The translations under genes and the position numbers were made by a program. 64,000 bases of DNA, from assembly GCA_002506825.1 (NCBI GenBank), contig DAYH01000030.1, positions 8,346-72,345 on the forward strand, in the 5' to 3' direction. The DNA is from Euryarchaeota archaeon UBA103 (GTDB lineage: Archaea; Thermoplasmatota; Poseidoniia; Poseidoniales; Thalassarchaeaceae). Below are positions 1 through 9,466 of this stretch, piece by piece. Positions within the stretch are counted from its first letter, which is position 1. Each line of letters starts with the position of its first letter. The notes under the pieces are model-generated. The model had not been told where the DNA came from. It did not search any database and saw only the letters and a list, made by a program, of their open reading frames with translations.

Positions 1-3000
1 AGATAGATGGGACGCAACTTCCTTCGGGTTGGACTTGGGAAGATATTACGCCAGGAGGGAGTAACAGCGTTCAGATTGCAACTGGAGAGTCGTGGTCGCC
101 GTTGATCGAGATTGTCGCACCTTCCACGGCCATGGGTTCGGATTCGGGCTTCCTTGGCTTGACAATGTCCCTTGATAGTGACTCGAACGTTAGTGTTTCG
201 TCGATACTGCCTATTGAAGCCAATAGGACTAGAGGGCTTTCTATTAGGGGGCCAGAGGGTGCATCATATAGCTCAGGCTACGGATTAATTGGCGATTCTG
301 CCAGAGCGTGGATAGTTGTAGAAAATATTGGGAACGCTTTGGAGAACCAAATCTCCTTGGATTGGGGAAATACACTTTGGGGCAGTGATCTAAGATTAAT
401 TGATGAAGGGGGCAATGAGAGATTCGCTTTGGTTCTTGATCCAGGGGAGAGGCTGGTGCTGGAGGCTTATCTTGATGTACCATTGGTGGATGAAAATCAG
501 CAGACGGTATCGATTGGAGATTATGTTGAAACTGCCCTAACACTGTGTGTTGATGGAAATGAGGCGTGTCAAACTGTTGACTTGACATTCATAGCTTCGG
601 GAGTAATTAGTAGGAGTCACATTAGAAGTGTCCCTTCCAATGGCCTTGAGTGGATCGTGGAAGCTAATGGGCCAGTTGGTGAAAATTTGCTCTCTTGGTC
701 CCTTTCATCAGCCGGAATGGCAAAGACTGGCTGGTCTTGGACTGCGTCGGGGGACCTGTCCATAAACGGGGATAATCTTTCGATGAATATTTCAAGCGGA
801 AGTGGAGTAGGAATTTTATCACTGGATCTTCCCAATAATGCGGCTCCTGCGTTTCACTACTTCGAAGATAACAGTGAAGAGTCGGTATCGCATTCACTGA
901 GGCTATCACTGGAGATACTCCAAATATTCAGGTCTTCTATGGTAATCACATCGCCTAATGATCAGCCTTTCCTTGTAGAGGTTGATGATGAGTCACTGGT
1001 TGTCTTGAGGCTAGAAAATCCGGGAAACGGCGATGATTCATTCAGTCTGGATTTTTCTGTAGTAATAGATGAAAACATCACAGAAGACCCTGGAGTTGAT
1101 GTATCATTTTCAAGAGAATTCGTTTCTTTATCTGCAGGCAGTCTAACCACCGTTCCTGTAACTGTTCTCTTGCCTGAGAATACCCCTGCCAGAGTGCCAC
1201 TGAAAGTTTCATTCACGATGCAATCTGAAGGAGATTCCAATGCTTTCTCCACTGTCGAAATTATCTTTGAGGCTAGACAGGATCATCAATGGAACATCTA
1301 CCCGTTCTTGCCTAGTGAGTCTGGGGATATTTATGCAGACGGACAAACCTTCCAAGCCAACCCTGGAGAGTCTATTTCATTGGACGTACTAGTAACAAAT
1401 GTTGGTAATTTAATAGATGATCTAACATTAGTAACGTCGGTTACAACTTCCTTGGAGACTGGTGATTCCTCATCAGAGTGGGCTTCTAGTGGAAGTACAA
1501 TTTCTAGTCTGGGAGTGAACGAAACTGGGACTATTAAAGTGAATACTAGCATACCACTGGATGCATGGAGTGGGTCATCGGTTGATGTGATGGTTACCGC
1601 TTTAGCACAAGGTCAAGAAATTACAACATTCTCATTTTCGGTGGTCTCTGGCCATGTTCCTTCATGGAATGCAGTTATTGATCAGGCTAACTTGGAAGTT
1701 GACCCACGAGGCTCAGAAATTACACTTTCAGTATTACAGATGGGGAACTCTCCGAGCCGTCCTTACATCTCCATGTTTGTATCGGGAGAACAGGGTTGGG
1801 AAATCGGAAATATATCAGAGATGCCTATGATAAATCCAGGAAATAGTGCCCCTCTATTACTCAACATTACTCCTCCCAGTAATGCAGTACATGGGAGAGC
1901 GGTTGAGCTGACGCTAAGAATCAAAGAGGGAGATTCGAGCGGATTGTCTGAAATAGTATTCCCTCTGAGAGTTGCAGTAACTCATGATTTCTCTTTGTCT
2001 GGGCAGGGGGATTGGGTGATTAGCCAAGATGGGGGATACCCCCTAGGATATATTGAAAATCGGGGGAATGCGCCTAGTACCATTTCAATTCAGATACTCA
2101 GCCTGCCACTAGGTTGGGAGATCTCGGGGGATCAATATGTTATTTTGGGAGTCGGGGAGATCTCTGGCATTCCAATTGAGCTATTGCCCGATGAGAGCTG
2201 GGACGGCGATGTCAAGACAATAAGAATCCTGGCCGAAGACTCCGAAGGTAACCAAAGAGAAATCTCGATGGATACCCGGATGGAGAGCTACTCATGGTCT
2301 ACCAGTCCGGTAATCATTTCTACCTCGGGTGACAGCTATGTCTTGGGAGTTCATCGAACCGGTTCCGAGAGTACAATAATTGATTCTGAAAATGGGCTGC
2401 TTCAGTGGAGCGACGCGGGAGGATGGCTATGGGGCTCTGGAGCAGGAGGAAATGGAAGCGTGAATGTTAATTCATCCACAATACTCGAGTATAGATCTTG
2501 GGTATCTGAACCGTCTTTTAGGCAGGCTAGTTGCTCTGTAGGGGGAAGCGTGAATTCTGTTGAAGCCAGTTGCACCATATTGAATGGGAGTGACAAATTT
2601 GCATATACTCTGATTCTTTCTGACGATCGAGGCAATATGCTGGATTCGGTTTCAGGATTACTTGAGGCCGAAGAGTCGTCTGGAATGATAAATCTCAGTG
2701 CGGATGATTGGGGCCCTCTACCAGGGAGAAGTGAGTTGACAATTAGGGTCATTGATTCCAGGGGAATTGAGTTTTCTTCCGATAGCAACATATTCGAAGT
2801 TAGAAGAACTGATTGGAATGTCGGGCTGGTTGGATTGGAGATTGTAGGCACTGGACAGGATCAAGAAATATCAATACTCACCAAGAGAGAGAATCATCAA
2901 ATTTTAGATGGTTCGATTTGTCTGGTTGACATTGAGGCCGGGGCCTTTACTGCAGAATACATAGTCGATATGTCAGAATCTAGTGCTCTAGCCCCCAGGC

Positions 3001-3470
3001 CTACCATAGATAGGCCGGATGTCAAAGATGGAGTAGAATTAGTGGCTAAGATAAGCTGTGGGTTCCCTTGGGACATTGATTCAAATCCTTCTGACGATGA
3101 GGCAAGAATAATTCTATCTGGGTCCGACGGGTCCGAAGGGGGCTTCAGTGACTCCAGTACTGCATTAGCATCGGCTAGCTTGGTGATCGGAATTTCGATA
3201 GCTTTCGCATGGATGGCTAGAAATTTCAGAGAAGGCAGGGAAATGATGGAGAAAACTAGGCAAGCTGTAGAGAAAAAGGCATTGGAAAGGAAGGCCAATA
3301 TGGCAAAGGATGTACAAGCCGTTGATGATAAAACGAATAAAGAAGAAGAGATTTCGGAATTATCGGAAGAAGTACCTGCGAGGGCTAGCGAAGAAGTACC
3401 CCAAGAAGACAAAGAAAGCCTACTTGATAGCTTTGAACAACGTCTTAATCGTCTCAGATCGGAAAAGTAG
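1..3470 (+). CDS. Large cell-surface (adhesin/S-layer-like) glycoprotein, 5'-truncated by the window edge. CARDB/NEW3-like beta-sandwich repeats, C-terminal TM anchor and a charged cytoplasmic tail.
   Basis: The frame is open from nt 3, with no stop upstream of the TTG at 102, so the N-terminus lies outside the window. Recurrent 'x-N-x-G-N' strands: ENIGNALENQISL, LENPGNGDDSFSLDF, VTNVGNLIDDLTLV, LQMGNSPSRPYIS, IENRGNAPSTISIQ. Also LSLPLGWEISG. Many N-x-S/T sequons. Hydrophobic span ALASASLVIGISIAFAWMA, then a ~80-aa K/E-rich tail. Confidence 0.75.
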   Translation, partial: IDGTQLPSGWTWEDITPGGSNSVQIATGESWSPLIEIVAPSTAMGSDSGFLGLTMSLDSDSNVSVSSILPIEANRTRGLSIRGPEGASYSSGYGLIGDSARAWIVVENIGNALENQISLDWGNTLWGSDLRLIDEGGNERFALVLDPGERLVLEAYLDVPLVDENQQTVSIGDYVETALTLCVDGNEACQTVDLTFIASGVISRSHIRSVPSNGLEWIVEANGPVGENLLSWSLSSAGMAKTGWSWTASGDLSINGDNLSMNISSGSGVGILSLDLPNNAAPAFHYFEDNSEESVSHSLRLSLEILQIFRSSMVITSPNDQPFLVEVDDESLVVLRLENPGNGDDSFSLDFSVVIDENITEDPGVDVSFSREFVSLSAGSLTTVPVTVLLPENTPARVPLKVSFTMQSEGDSNAFSTVEIIFEARQDHQWNIYPFLPSESGDIYADGQTFQANPGESISLDVLVTNVGNLIDDLTLVTSVTTSLETGDSSSEWASSGSTISSLGVNETGTIKVNTSIPLDAWSGSSVDVMVTALAQGQEITTFSFSVVSGHVPSWNAVIDQANLEVDPRGSEITLSVLQMGNSPSRPYISMFVSGEQGWEIGNISEMPMINPGNSAPLLLNITPPSNAVHGRAVELTLRIKEGDSSGLSEIVFPLRVAVTHDFSLSGQGDWVISQDGGYPLGYIENRGNAPSTISIQILSLPLGWEISGDQYVILGVGEISGIPIELLPDESWDGDVKTIRILAEDSEGNQREISMDTRMESYSWSTSPVIISTSGDSYVLGVHRTGSESTIIDSENGLLQWSDAGGWLWGSGAGGNGSVNVNSSTILEYRSWVSEPSFRQASCSVGGSVNSVEASCTILNGSDKFAYTLILSDDRGNMLDSVSGLLEAEESSGMINLSADDWGPLPGRSELTIRVIDSRGIEFSSDSNIFEVRRTDWNVGLVGLEIVGTGQDQEISILTKRENHQILDGSICLVDIEAGAFTAEYIVDMSESSALAPRPTIDRPDVKDGVELVAKISCGFPWDIDSNPSDDEARIILSGSDGSEGGFSDSSTALASASLVIGISIAFAWMARNFREGREMMEKTRQAVEKKALERKANMAKDVQAVDDKTNKEEEISELSEEVPARASEEVPQEDKESLLDSFEQRLNRLRSEK

Positions 3471-3480
3471 TGGTGAAAAG

Positions 3481-4107
3481 ATGTCCACAAATTCTAATCT
3501 TCCTAGTTTCCATACATTTGACCCAATATTGAATGACCCCCTGGAAATCATTCATGCAATACTATCGTCCCTGGGAGGGGATCACACAGAATTGAAGAAG
3601 GCAAGCCCTCTTTCGAGAGATATTCAGAATCTAAAGGAAGGGATTGAACCTGTTTTTGACCCCGCCACAATGCTATACTTGTCCATAGTTGAATTGGATT
3701 CAGAGGGACGGAGGGAGGGTTCGATAGACTCCAGCTCTGGAAAGGAAAGACTAGGTAGATTTCCCTATGGGGATGGAAATATCGTTACCTATCTCTTGGA
3801 AAATACTAGAGAGAAAGGGGATATGACCATTTTACATGACCTCCTATCCAAACTCTCTGACGGATTATCTGAAGAAAACTTAGGCGAGTTGGGATTCAGA
3901 GAGGGATTTGGAGGTTTGACCCTCCTAGGATGGTTGAACAGGCGAGAAGTATCAGAGTTACGTAGCGCAATTCGGTCCGGGAGGTGGGAAGTACTTTCAG
4001 AAGAGCCTTTGGATGGTGGAGTAGACTATGCTTTCAGACTCTTGCTCGCAATGCTTAGATCCGCTCAAAGGAAGAGATGCGGGGTCCTGATGAGAAGGCA
4101 TTCATAA
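3481..4107 (+). CDS. Hypothetical cytoplasmic protein (208 aa)
   Basis: The ORF track starts at 3310 and overlaps the upstream gene by 160 nt in a K/R-rich out-of-frame read. The internal ATG at 3481 (MSTNSNLPSF...) lies 10 nt after the upstream stop. No recognisable motifs. Confidence 0.55.
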   Translation: MSTNSNLPSFHTFDPILNDPLEIIHAILSSLGGDHTELKKASPLSRDIQNLKEGIEPVFDPATMLYLSIVELDSEGRREGSIDSSSGKERLGRFPYGDGNIVTYLLENTREKGDMTILHDLLSKLSDGLSEENLGELGFREGFGGLTLLGWLNRREVSELRSAIRSGRWEVLSEEPLDGGVDYAFRLLLAMLRSAQRKRCGVLMRRHS

Positions 4108-4108
4108 G

Positions 4109-5020
4109 CTAGAATTCTTGACCCGTCAGGCGCTCGAACATAGTGGCATAAAGCTCTGATGTTTGTCTAATTATCTCATCTGGAAGAGGGGGGATTGGGG
4201 GTTCTTCGGTACCTGCTTCCCTAGCGGCATAAAGTTGCTCATAATGGCCAGTTGAGAGATAGTGCTCCCTAACAAACTCCTTAGATAGCGACACAATCTT
4301 TCCATTCTCATAATCATCTGCGGCCCACCATCTATCTTCGTCTAGGGTCCCGAATGAATCCACTAGAACTGGAACCCGGCCATGGCCAAGTGCGAATTCT
4401 TTCTTTCCATCCACATGAATGAGTCCTCTCTTAGATGCCTCCCTATTGATAATTTCATCTATCTTCACAACAATATCAAGGATAGCATCGAACTCCTCCT
4501 CCTTTAGATTGGAGATTTCTAAAGCCTCTTTACGATCCAATAATCTGTCAAATTTCTCAAATTTAGTTGAAACTTCTAGATAGGGAGCTGGTAGTTTAAT
4601 TCCTTCGTATAGCACAGTTCCGGGTTGGAATCCGAATTCCTCTGATCCGACATCGCCTCTATCATATCTCCTCCATCCACCTCCAGCGAGGTAGTGCCTA
4701 CAAATAACCTCCAGAGGGACGAAAACATTCTCCATATCTCGAGGAATTGCCCCTGGCTCCCTAATTACCTCAAATCGACGTGCTAGAACTCTGTCTGGTG
4801 CATTCATTTCGATAACATGGGTTTGACATATCTCGGCTTCCTCTACCAACTTGAACCAATGGCATGAAGTCCTGTTTAGACTCTCTCCCTTTCTTGGAAC
4901 CAAACTTGGTATGATTTGATCAAAAACGCTAATCTGATCCGTGTACCTAAATTCTATTACATCCGGATCTTCTGTACTCCATACTTCCTTGACTTTGCCC
5001 TTGTATAGCATGCCTACCAT
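4109..5020 (-). CDS. purC: Phosphoribosylaminoimidazole-succinocarboxamide (SAICAR) synthase
   Basis: N-terminus MLYKGKVKEVWSTEDPDVIEFRYTDQISVFDQIIPSLVPRKGESLNRTSCHWF matches the PurC pattern (LYEGKAK...TDRISAFD...IP.KG..L). The track start at 5065 is TTG; ATG candidates are at 5020 (MVGMLYK) and 5011 (MLYK). Confidence 0.85.
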   Translation of the reverse strand: MVGMLYKGKVKEVWSTEDPDVIEFRYTDQISVFDQIIPSLVPRKGESLNRTSCHWFKLVEEAEICQTHVIEMNAPDRVLARRFEVIREPGAIPRDMENVFVPLEVICRHYLAGGGWRRYDRGDVGSEEFGFQPGTVLYEGIKLPAPYLEVSTKFEKFDRLLDRKEALEISNLKEEEFDAILDIVVKIDEIINREASKRGLIHVDGKKEFALGHGRVPVLVDSFGTLDEDRWWAADDYENGKIVSLSKEFVREHYLSTGHYEQLYAAREAGTEEPPIPPLPDEIIRQTSELYATMFERLTGQEF

Positions 5021-5085
5021 GTTACAAGGAAGGGAAAGATGATGATGAACATTACTGAAAGACAATCAGATTTTTCAGTACCGCC

Positions 5086-5098
5086 GGGACTATATCCC
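5086..5098. promoter_or_regulatory. Near-palindromic TATA-like element in the divergent purC / ABC-permease intergenic region
   Basis: GGGACTATATCCC (reverse complement GGGATATAGTCCC) sits between the two divergently transcribed genes, ~35 nt from the ATG at 5127. Confidence 0.3.
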
Positions 5099-5126
5099 AA
5101 GAACCTCGCCAAGTAATGGGGAGCGG

Positions 5127-7265
5127 ATGACTGAAACTATGAATTCTGGCAACCGAAGAATTTCCCCCTTGTCATTTCCAGGCTATTTTTCCATTGCATT
5201 GATGATATTACTGGCCCTATCCGTACCTGCAAATGCTCAGGAGTATAGAAGTGGTTGGGACCTCATCAACAGCGGCACGTTACATGACCTTTATTCTGTA
5301 GAGTCTGAAGGGAACGAGGTATGGGCTTTCGGGGAAAATGGCACTATGGTATTGAGTGGAGACGGAGGCCTATCTTGGGAGGTAGGTGAATCTCTCACTT
5401 CTTCTGATCTGACAATATCGGATTCAGGCTTTGGCTCTTTCTTGGCGGCCAGTATGGATGGTACGATTCTAATTAAGTCTGGAAATGAAATGACATGGTC
5501 GGATATATCATTAGATATTGGGGATGAATCGATTTACGGTGCATGCCTAAATGGCGGTAATGAGGCAGTAATCGTTGGCGGGAATGGGTCCATATGGACT
5601 TACGAAATGCAAGTATGGAGCAATCGTTCAGTTTCTGGGGAAGATCTCCTAGACGTATCTTTCTTAGATTCAGAAAGAGGGATTGCTGTCGGTGAACAAG
5701 GAACAATTCTATTCTCTAATGACGGAGGCTCTTCTTGGGACTACAGGGATGCCCCTACTGAAGCTTCGTCATCGAGGATCATAGACATAGAGTTCTTCAG
5801 TGAAATTAGGGCATATGCCATTACTGATGAAGGAGGAGTTCTGAAGTCTTCGAGAGAGATTAACACAGCAGTGGGATTTCTCTGGAATATGCAATATTTT
5901 GAGTCCGAAGGAGGCTCATCTAATCTTGGAGTAAATCTTACATCTATAGAAATTGCAACAACAAATAAATTTCTTCTTTCTGGAAATGATGGTTACCTCT
6001 CAATGAGCAAGGATGGAGGGAATATAGTAACCCGGCAGATGATTCCACTGGGCAACACAACATCATTCTATGACATAACAATGCTAGATGGCTTCAACGG
6101 CATAGCCGTAGGCAGTAATGGCTCCCTACTTTTGACTGAGAGATCCGGGGAGGATGAACAGGTTGGCTTTGAAGTCATGGACTTCTCAGAATTTGGAAAC
6201 TTTGTAGATTACTCAAAGGGGATGCTGATAGATGGTTTGTATGCCACTATTAACATTGTAATGTTTGGAATTTTTCTCGGCTTCTTCCTCGGAATCTCCC
6301 TCTCGATGATGAAGACCTCGCCTACTACTCTCAAAGAAATTTCTCAGAGGAGGAGTTTGGCAGTGATAAAATCTACAGGAGTGATCTTTACTATAATTGG
6401 GGCCTCCTTAGTAAATCATCTAGTTCCTATTATTGCGAATCTTGGATTGGATGGCTGGGAATATATTTATGCTCCGATTGGAATTATTAATCCTGATGGA
6501 ATTACTGGAGAACTACAATTCGAAAACTTCCTATTCCTAATACTTGGAGTGAGCCTTTTCCTTCTGGGAGTACTCTTCATATCAGCGAATGGAGATTATA
6601 AAAAATCTCACTACAACATTAGGGGTAAAGAAATTATTTGGAATCCTTGGGGCATTAGGCCTCTGAATTTCATTGCAACTATCTACACAGATATTTTCAG
6701 AAATACTCCTCTGATTGTCCAATTCTTGTTCATACATTTTGGAGTCCAGATAGGTGCATTGATCGGCGATCCAGGAGCAGAAATGTTGGATGGCTCTAGT
6801 AATTTCATCCTGGCTTTCCTCAGGGACGATATCCTTTCTAACAGGGCCTGTGTTAGTGCGATATTCGCCTTGGGCCTGAACTCAGGCGCCTACCAGTGCG
6901 AGACAATACGTGGAGCCATTTCCGCAATACCCTCTGGGCAGATGGAGGCTGGAAGAAGTATAGGGCTGAATTACATGCAGACAATGAGACTTGTTATTAT
7001 GCCTCAAGCCATTCGAATTTGCATCCCCCCAATGGGTAATGAGATGGTTAATTTAGTCCTAAATTCATCACTTGCAATGGTAATAGGTTATTCCGAGCTT
7101 ACTCGAAAAGCCAAACTGATTAACGCGGTTACTTTTCAGGTATTCTGGTCCTATGGCATGGTTTTAATTTCCTACTTTATTGTTACTTGGACACTGGCTT
7201 TATTCCTGAGGTATCTTGAGAATAAGACTAGAATTCCTGGACTGGGAATATCCGGAGGGAGCTAA
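5127..7265 (+). CDS. Fusion protein: signal peptide, Asp-box (BNR)/Ycf48-like beta-propeller, and polar-amino-acid-type ABC transporter permease (HisM/GlnP family)
   Basis: N-terminal hydrophobic leader [18 protein letters not shown]. Asp-box motifs [18 protein letters not shown] and a degenerate SKDGGNIV in a ~310-aa repeat-rich region. C-terminal half carries the permease signatures [17 protein letters not shown] and the EAA loop [36 protein letters not shown]. Confidence 0.8.
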   Translation: MTETMNSGNRRISPLSFPGYFSIALMILLALSVPANAQEYRSGWDLINSGTLHDLYSVESEGNEVWAFGENGTMVLSGDGGLSWEVGESLTSSDLTISDSGFGSFLAASMDGTILIKSGNEMTWSDISLDIGDESIYGACLNGGNEAVIVGGNGSIWTYEMQVWSNRSVSGEDLLDVSFLDSERGIAVGEQGTILFSNDGGSSWDYRDAPTEASSSRIIDIEFFSEIRAYAITDEGGVLKSSREINTAVGFLWNMQYFESEGGSSNLGVNLTSIEIATTNKFLLSGNDGYLSMSKDGGNIVTRQMIPLGNTTSFYDITMLDGFNGIAVGSNGSLLLTERSGEDEQVGFEVMDFSEFGNFVDYSKGMLIDGLYATINIVMFGIFLGFFLGISLSMMKTSPTTLKEISQRRSLAVIKSTGVIFTIIGASLVNHLVPIIANLGLDGWEYIYAPIGIINPDGITGELQFENFLFLILGVSLFLLGVLFISANGDYKKSHYNIRGKEIIWNPWGIRPLNFIATIYTDIFRNTPLIVQFLFIHFGVQIGALIGDPGAEMLDGSSNFILAFLRDDILSNRACVSAIFALGLNSGAYQCETIRGAISAIPSGQMEAGRSIGLNYMQTMRLVIMPQAIRICIPPMGNEMVNLVLNSSLAMVIGYSELTRKAKLINAVTFQVFWSYGMVLISYFIVTWTLALFLRYLENKTRIPGLGISGGS
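5238..6162 (+). other. Extracytoplasmic Asp-box/BNR beta-propeller domain of the ABC permease fusion
   Basis: Repeated blade-like pattern of G-x-x-G-T/S-I-L/hydrophobic, then S-x-D-G-G-x-S-W. Examples: [60 protein letters not shown]. Confidence 0.6.
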
Positions 7266-7266
7266 A

Positions 7267-8007
7267 ATGGACAGTGTTCTAACTATTTCAGATATGCACA
7301 AAACGTATGCTGGAGGAGTTCATGCAGTACGAGGAGTTTCGTTTGAAGTTAATGAGGGCGAGTCAGTAGCCATAATTGGATCATCTGGAAGTGGGAAATC
7401 CACAGTTCTAAGATGCATAAACAGGCTAATTGAGCCAACTGAAGGAGAAGTAAGGCTTCGTGGAGATTTAATTAATACTCCTTCCGCAGATATCAATAAT
7501 GTAAGATCTCGTATTGGGATGGTGTTCCAGTCTTTCGAGCTATTTTCTCATCTTAGGGTCATTGATAATATCACACTTGGACTGAGACATGTCAGAAAAA
7601 TGAGCAAGAAGGACGCGGAGAGTGAAGCTCTTGAAGTTCTGGAGAAGGTTGACATGCTAGACCGAAAAGATGCTTTTCCTGGAAATCTATCCGGAGGACA
7701 GAAACAACGTGTTGCAATTGCTAGAGCACTTGCAATGAAGCCTGAAGTAATGTTGTTTGACGAGCCTACAAGTGCATTGGATCCAGAATTGATTGGTTCA
7801 GTACTGAAAACAATTCGAGGATTGGCAGACGAGGGAATGACAATGATAGTAGTAACACATGAAATCGGCTTTGCTAGAGATGTAGCAGATAGGGTGATTT
7901 ACATGGATAAGGGAATAATTGCAGAATCTGGGAAGTCATCGATTATTGATAATCCAAAGACGGAACGCCTGAAGAGGTTCCTCTCATCTATCAATGAGGA
8001 AGACTAA
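7267..8007 (+). CDS. ABC transporter ATP-binding protein (polar amino acid family, GlnQ/HisP-like)
   Basis: Walker [10 protein letters not shown], signature [15 protein letters not shown], Walker [13 protein letters not shown]-loop VTHE. ATG at 7267, 1 nt after the permease stop; the track start at 7216 overlaps the permease. Confidence 0.9.
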   Translation: MDSVLTISDMHKTYAGGVHAVRGVSFEVNEGESVAIIGSSGSGKSTVLRCINRLIEPTEGEVRLRGDLINTPSADINNVRSRIGMVFQSFELFSHLRVIDNITLGLRHVRKMSKKDAESEALEVLEKVDMLDRKDAFPGNLSGGQKQRVAIARALAMKPEVMLFDEPTSALDPELIGSVLKTIRGLADEGMTMIVVTHEIGFARDVADRVIYMDKGIIAESGKSSIIDNPKTERLKRFLSSINEED

Positions 8008-9359
8008 ATCATTCCTTGTGACGTCATGGCCTCTGCAACCTTTAGGAATCCAGCTATATTGGCACCAGCAACATAGTTTCCAGGCATTCCAAATCTTTCT
8101 GCGGTTTCGTATGCATTCTTATGGATATCTACCATTATGGCATCTAGCCTAGAGTCGACCTCTTCACGTGTCCATGACAACCTAAGGCTGTTCTGACTCA
8201 TTTCAAGTCCGGAGGTGGCGACCCCTCCTGCATTGGACGCCTTTCCAGGGGCGAAAAGAATTCCATTCTTTAGGAATACTTCAACTGCTTCGGGAGTACA
8301 CGGCATGTTAGCCCCTTCTGCAACGGCAATAACCTCATTCGCGACTAGCATTTCTGCCTCGGATTCATTTAGCTCATTTTGTGTAGCGCATGGAAGAGCG
8401 ACGTCAACATTAACCCCCCAAAGTCCATTTGGAGTAGGCTCTGGTTCAGATGCATTGAATTCAACACCATCGAAATTATTCGCATACTCTGAAATTCTTC
8501 CTCTTCTGTTGTTCTTTAGGTCCATGATCCAATCTAACTTCTCTCGATCGATCCCAGACGGATCATGAATCCATCCACTAGAGTCGGACATAGTTACTGG
8601 CTTTCCACCGAGATCGAGTACCTTCTCACATGCGAACTGAGCCACGTTTCCTGAACCAGATATAGACACGGTTGCTCCTTTGAACGATCTACCAGTTGTT
8701 GCCAGCATCTCACGTGCGAAGTATACTAATCCGTATCCTGTGGCTTCGGGCCTAATCAAGGATCCACCGTAAGATCTTCCCTTTCCGGTAAGGACCCCTG
8801 TGAATTCATTGGCGAGTTTCTTATACATTCCGAACATGTATCCGATCTCCCGTCCTCCCACGCCAATATCGCCAGCTGGAACATCTAAATCGGCACCGAT
8901 GTGCCTCCATAATTCCATCATAAAGGATTGGCAGAATCTCATTACTTCAGAATCGGACTTACCCTTCGGGTTGAAGTCGGAACCTCCCTTTCCCCCTCCC
9001 ATGGGCAACCCAGTAAGGCTGTTCTTGAACACCTGCTCAAAAGCTAAGAATTTCAATATAGACTGATTCACACTTGGATGGAACCTGAGCCCTCCCTTGT
9101 ATGGCCCGATCGAGCTGCTCATCTGGATTCTGAATCCCCTATTTACTTTCAGATTTCCATCATCATCATACCAAGGAACTCTGAACTGTATAATTCGTTC
9201 AGCCTCTACCATTGCCTCTATTACTGGCATATACTCAGGATACTCCTTGATCACAGGAGTAAGGCTGTCGAGAACCTCCTCAACTGCCTGATGAAATTCA
9301 GACTGGTTCGGATCTCTTGCAATTACGCCATCATATACTGATTTAATTCTGCTATCCAT
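8004..9359 (-). CDS. gdhA: Glutamate dehydrogenase (NAD(P)+)
   Basis: [48 protein letters not shown] is the GDH catalytic Lys/Gly-rich region. GSGNVAQ is the dinucleotide fold. The track start at 9368 is GTG; the ATG at 9359 (MDSRIKS) fits the upstream TATA spacing better. Confidence 0.9.
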   Translation of the reverse strand: MDSRIKSVYDGVIARDPNQSEFHQAVEEVLDSLTPVIKEYPEYMPVIEAMVEAERIIQFRVPWYDDDGNLKVNRGFRIQMSSSIGPYKGGLRFHPSVNQSILKFLAFEQVFKNSLTGLPMGGGKGGSDFNPKGKSDSEVMRFCQSFMMELWRHIGADLDVPAGDIGVGGREIGYMFGMYKKLANEFTGVLTGKGRSYGGSLIRPEATGYGLVYFAREMLATTGRSFKGATVSISGSGNVAQFACEKVLDLGGKPVTMSDSSGWIHDPSGIDREKLDWIMDLKNNRRGRISEYANNFDGVEFNASEPEPTPNGLWGVNVDVALPCATQNELNESEAEMLVANEVIAVAEGANMPCTPEAVEVFLKNGILFAPGKASNAGGVATSGLEMSQNSLRLSWTREEVDSRLDAIMVDIHKNAYETAERFGMPGNYVAGANIAGFLKVAEAMTSQGMI

Positions 9360-9384
9360 AGCACTCACCGGTGGTTGAAAGATT

Positions 9385-9395
9385 CCTTATTAAGG
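9385..9395 (-). promoter_or_regulatory. Candidate TATA box for gdhA
   Basis: The minus strand reads CCTTAATAAGG, centred about 30 nt upstream of the ATG at 9359. This is consistent with a leaderless or very short-leader archaeal promoter. Confidence 0.35.
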
Positions 9396-9466
9396 TACCA
9401 GCCGCACTTGCGAGTGGCCTTTCCCTTTTGAATCATATCCCGTCTAAGCATTGGAGAAAGTATCTA

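Noticed and set aside
3310-3480. 5' extension of the ORF at 3310-4107 (K/R-rich MYKPLMIKRIKKKRFRNYRKK...).
   Set aside because: It overlaps the upstream gene by 160 nt and is simply the +1 frame of its Lys/Glu-rich tail. The ATG at 3481 directly follows the upstream stop.
2897-3490. 197-aa minus-strand ORF overlapping the 3' end of the first surface-protein gene.
   Set aside because: It is antisense to a K/E-rich coding region, giving an L/S/F-rich shadow frame. The plus-strand gene has clear TM and tail logic.
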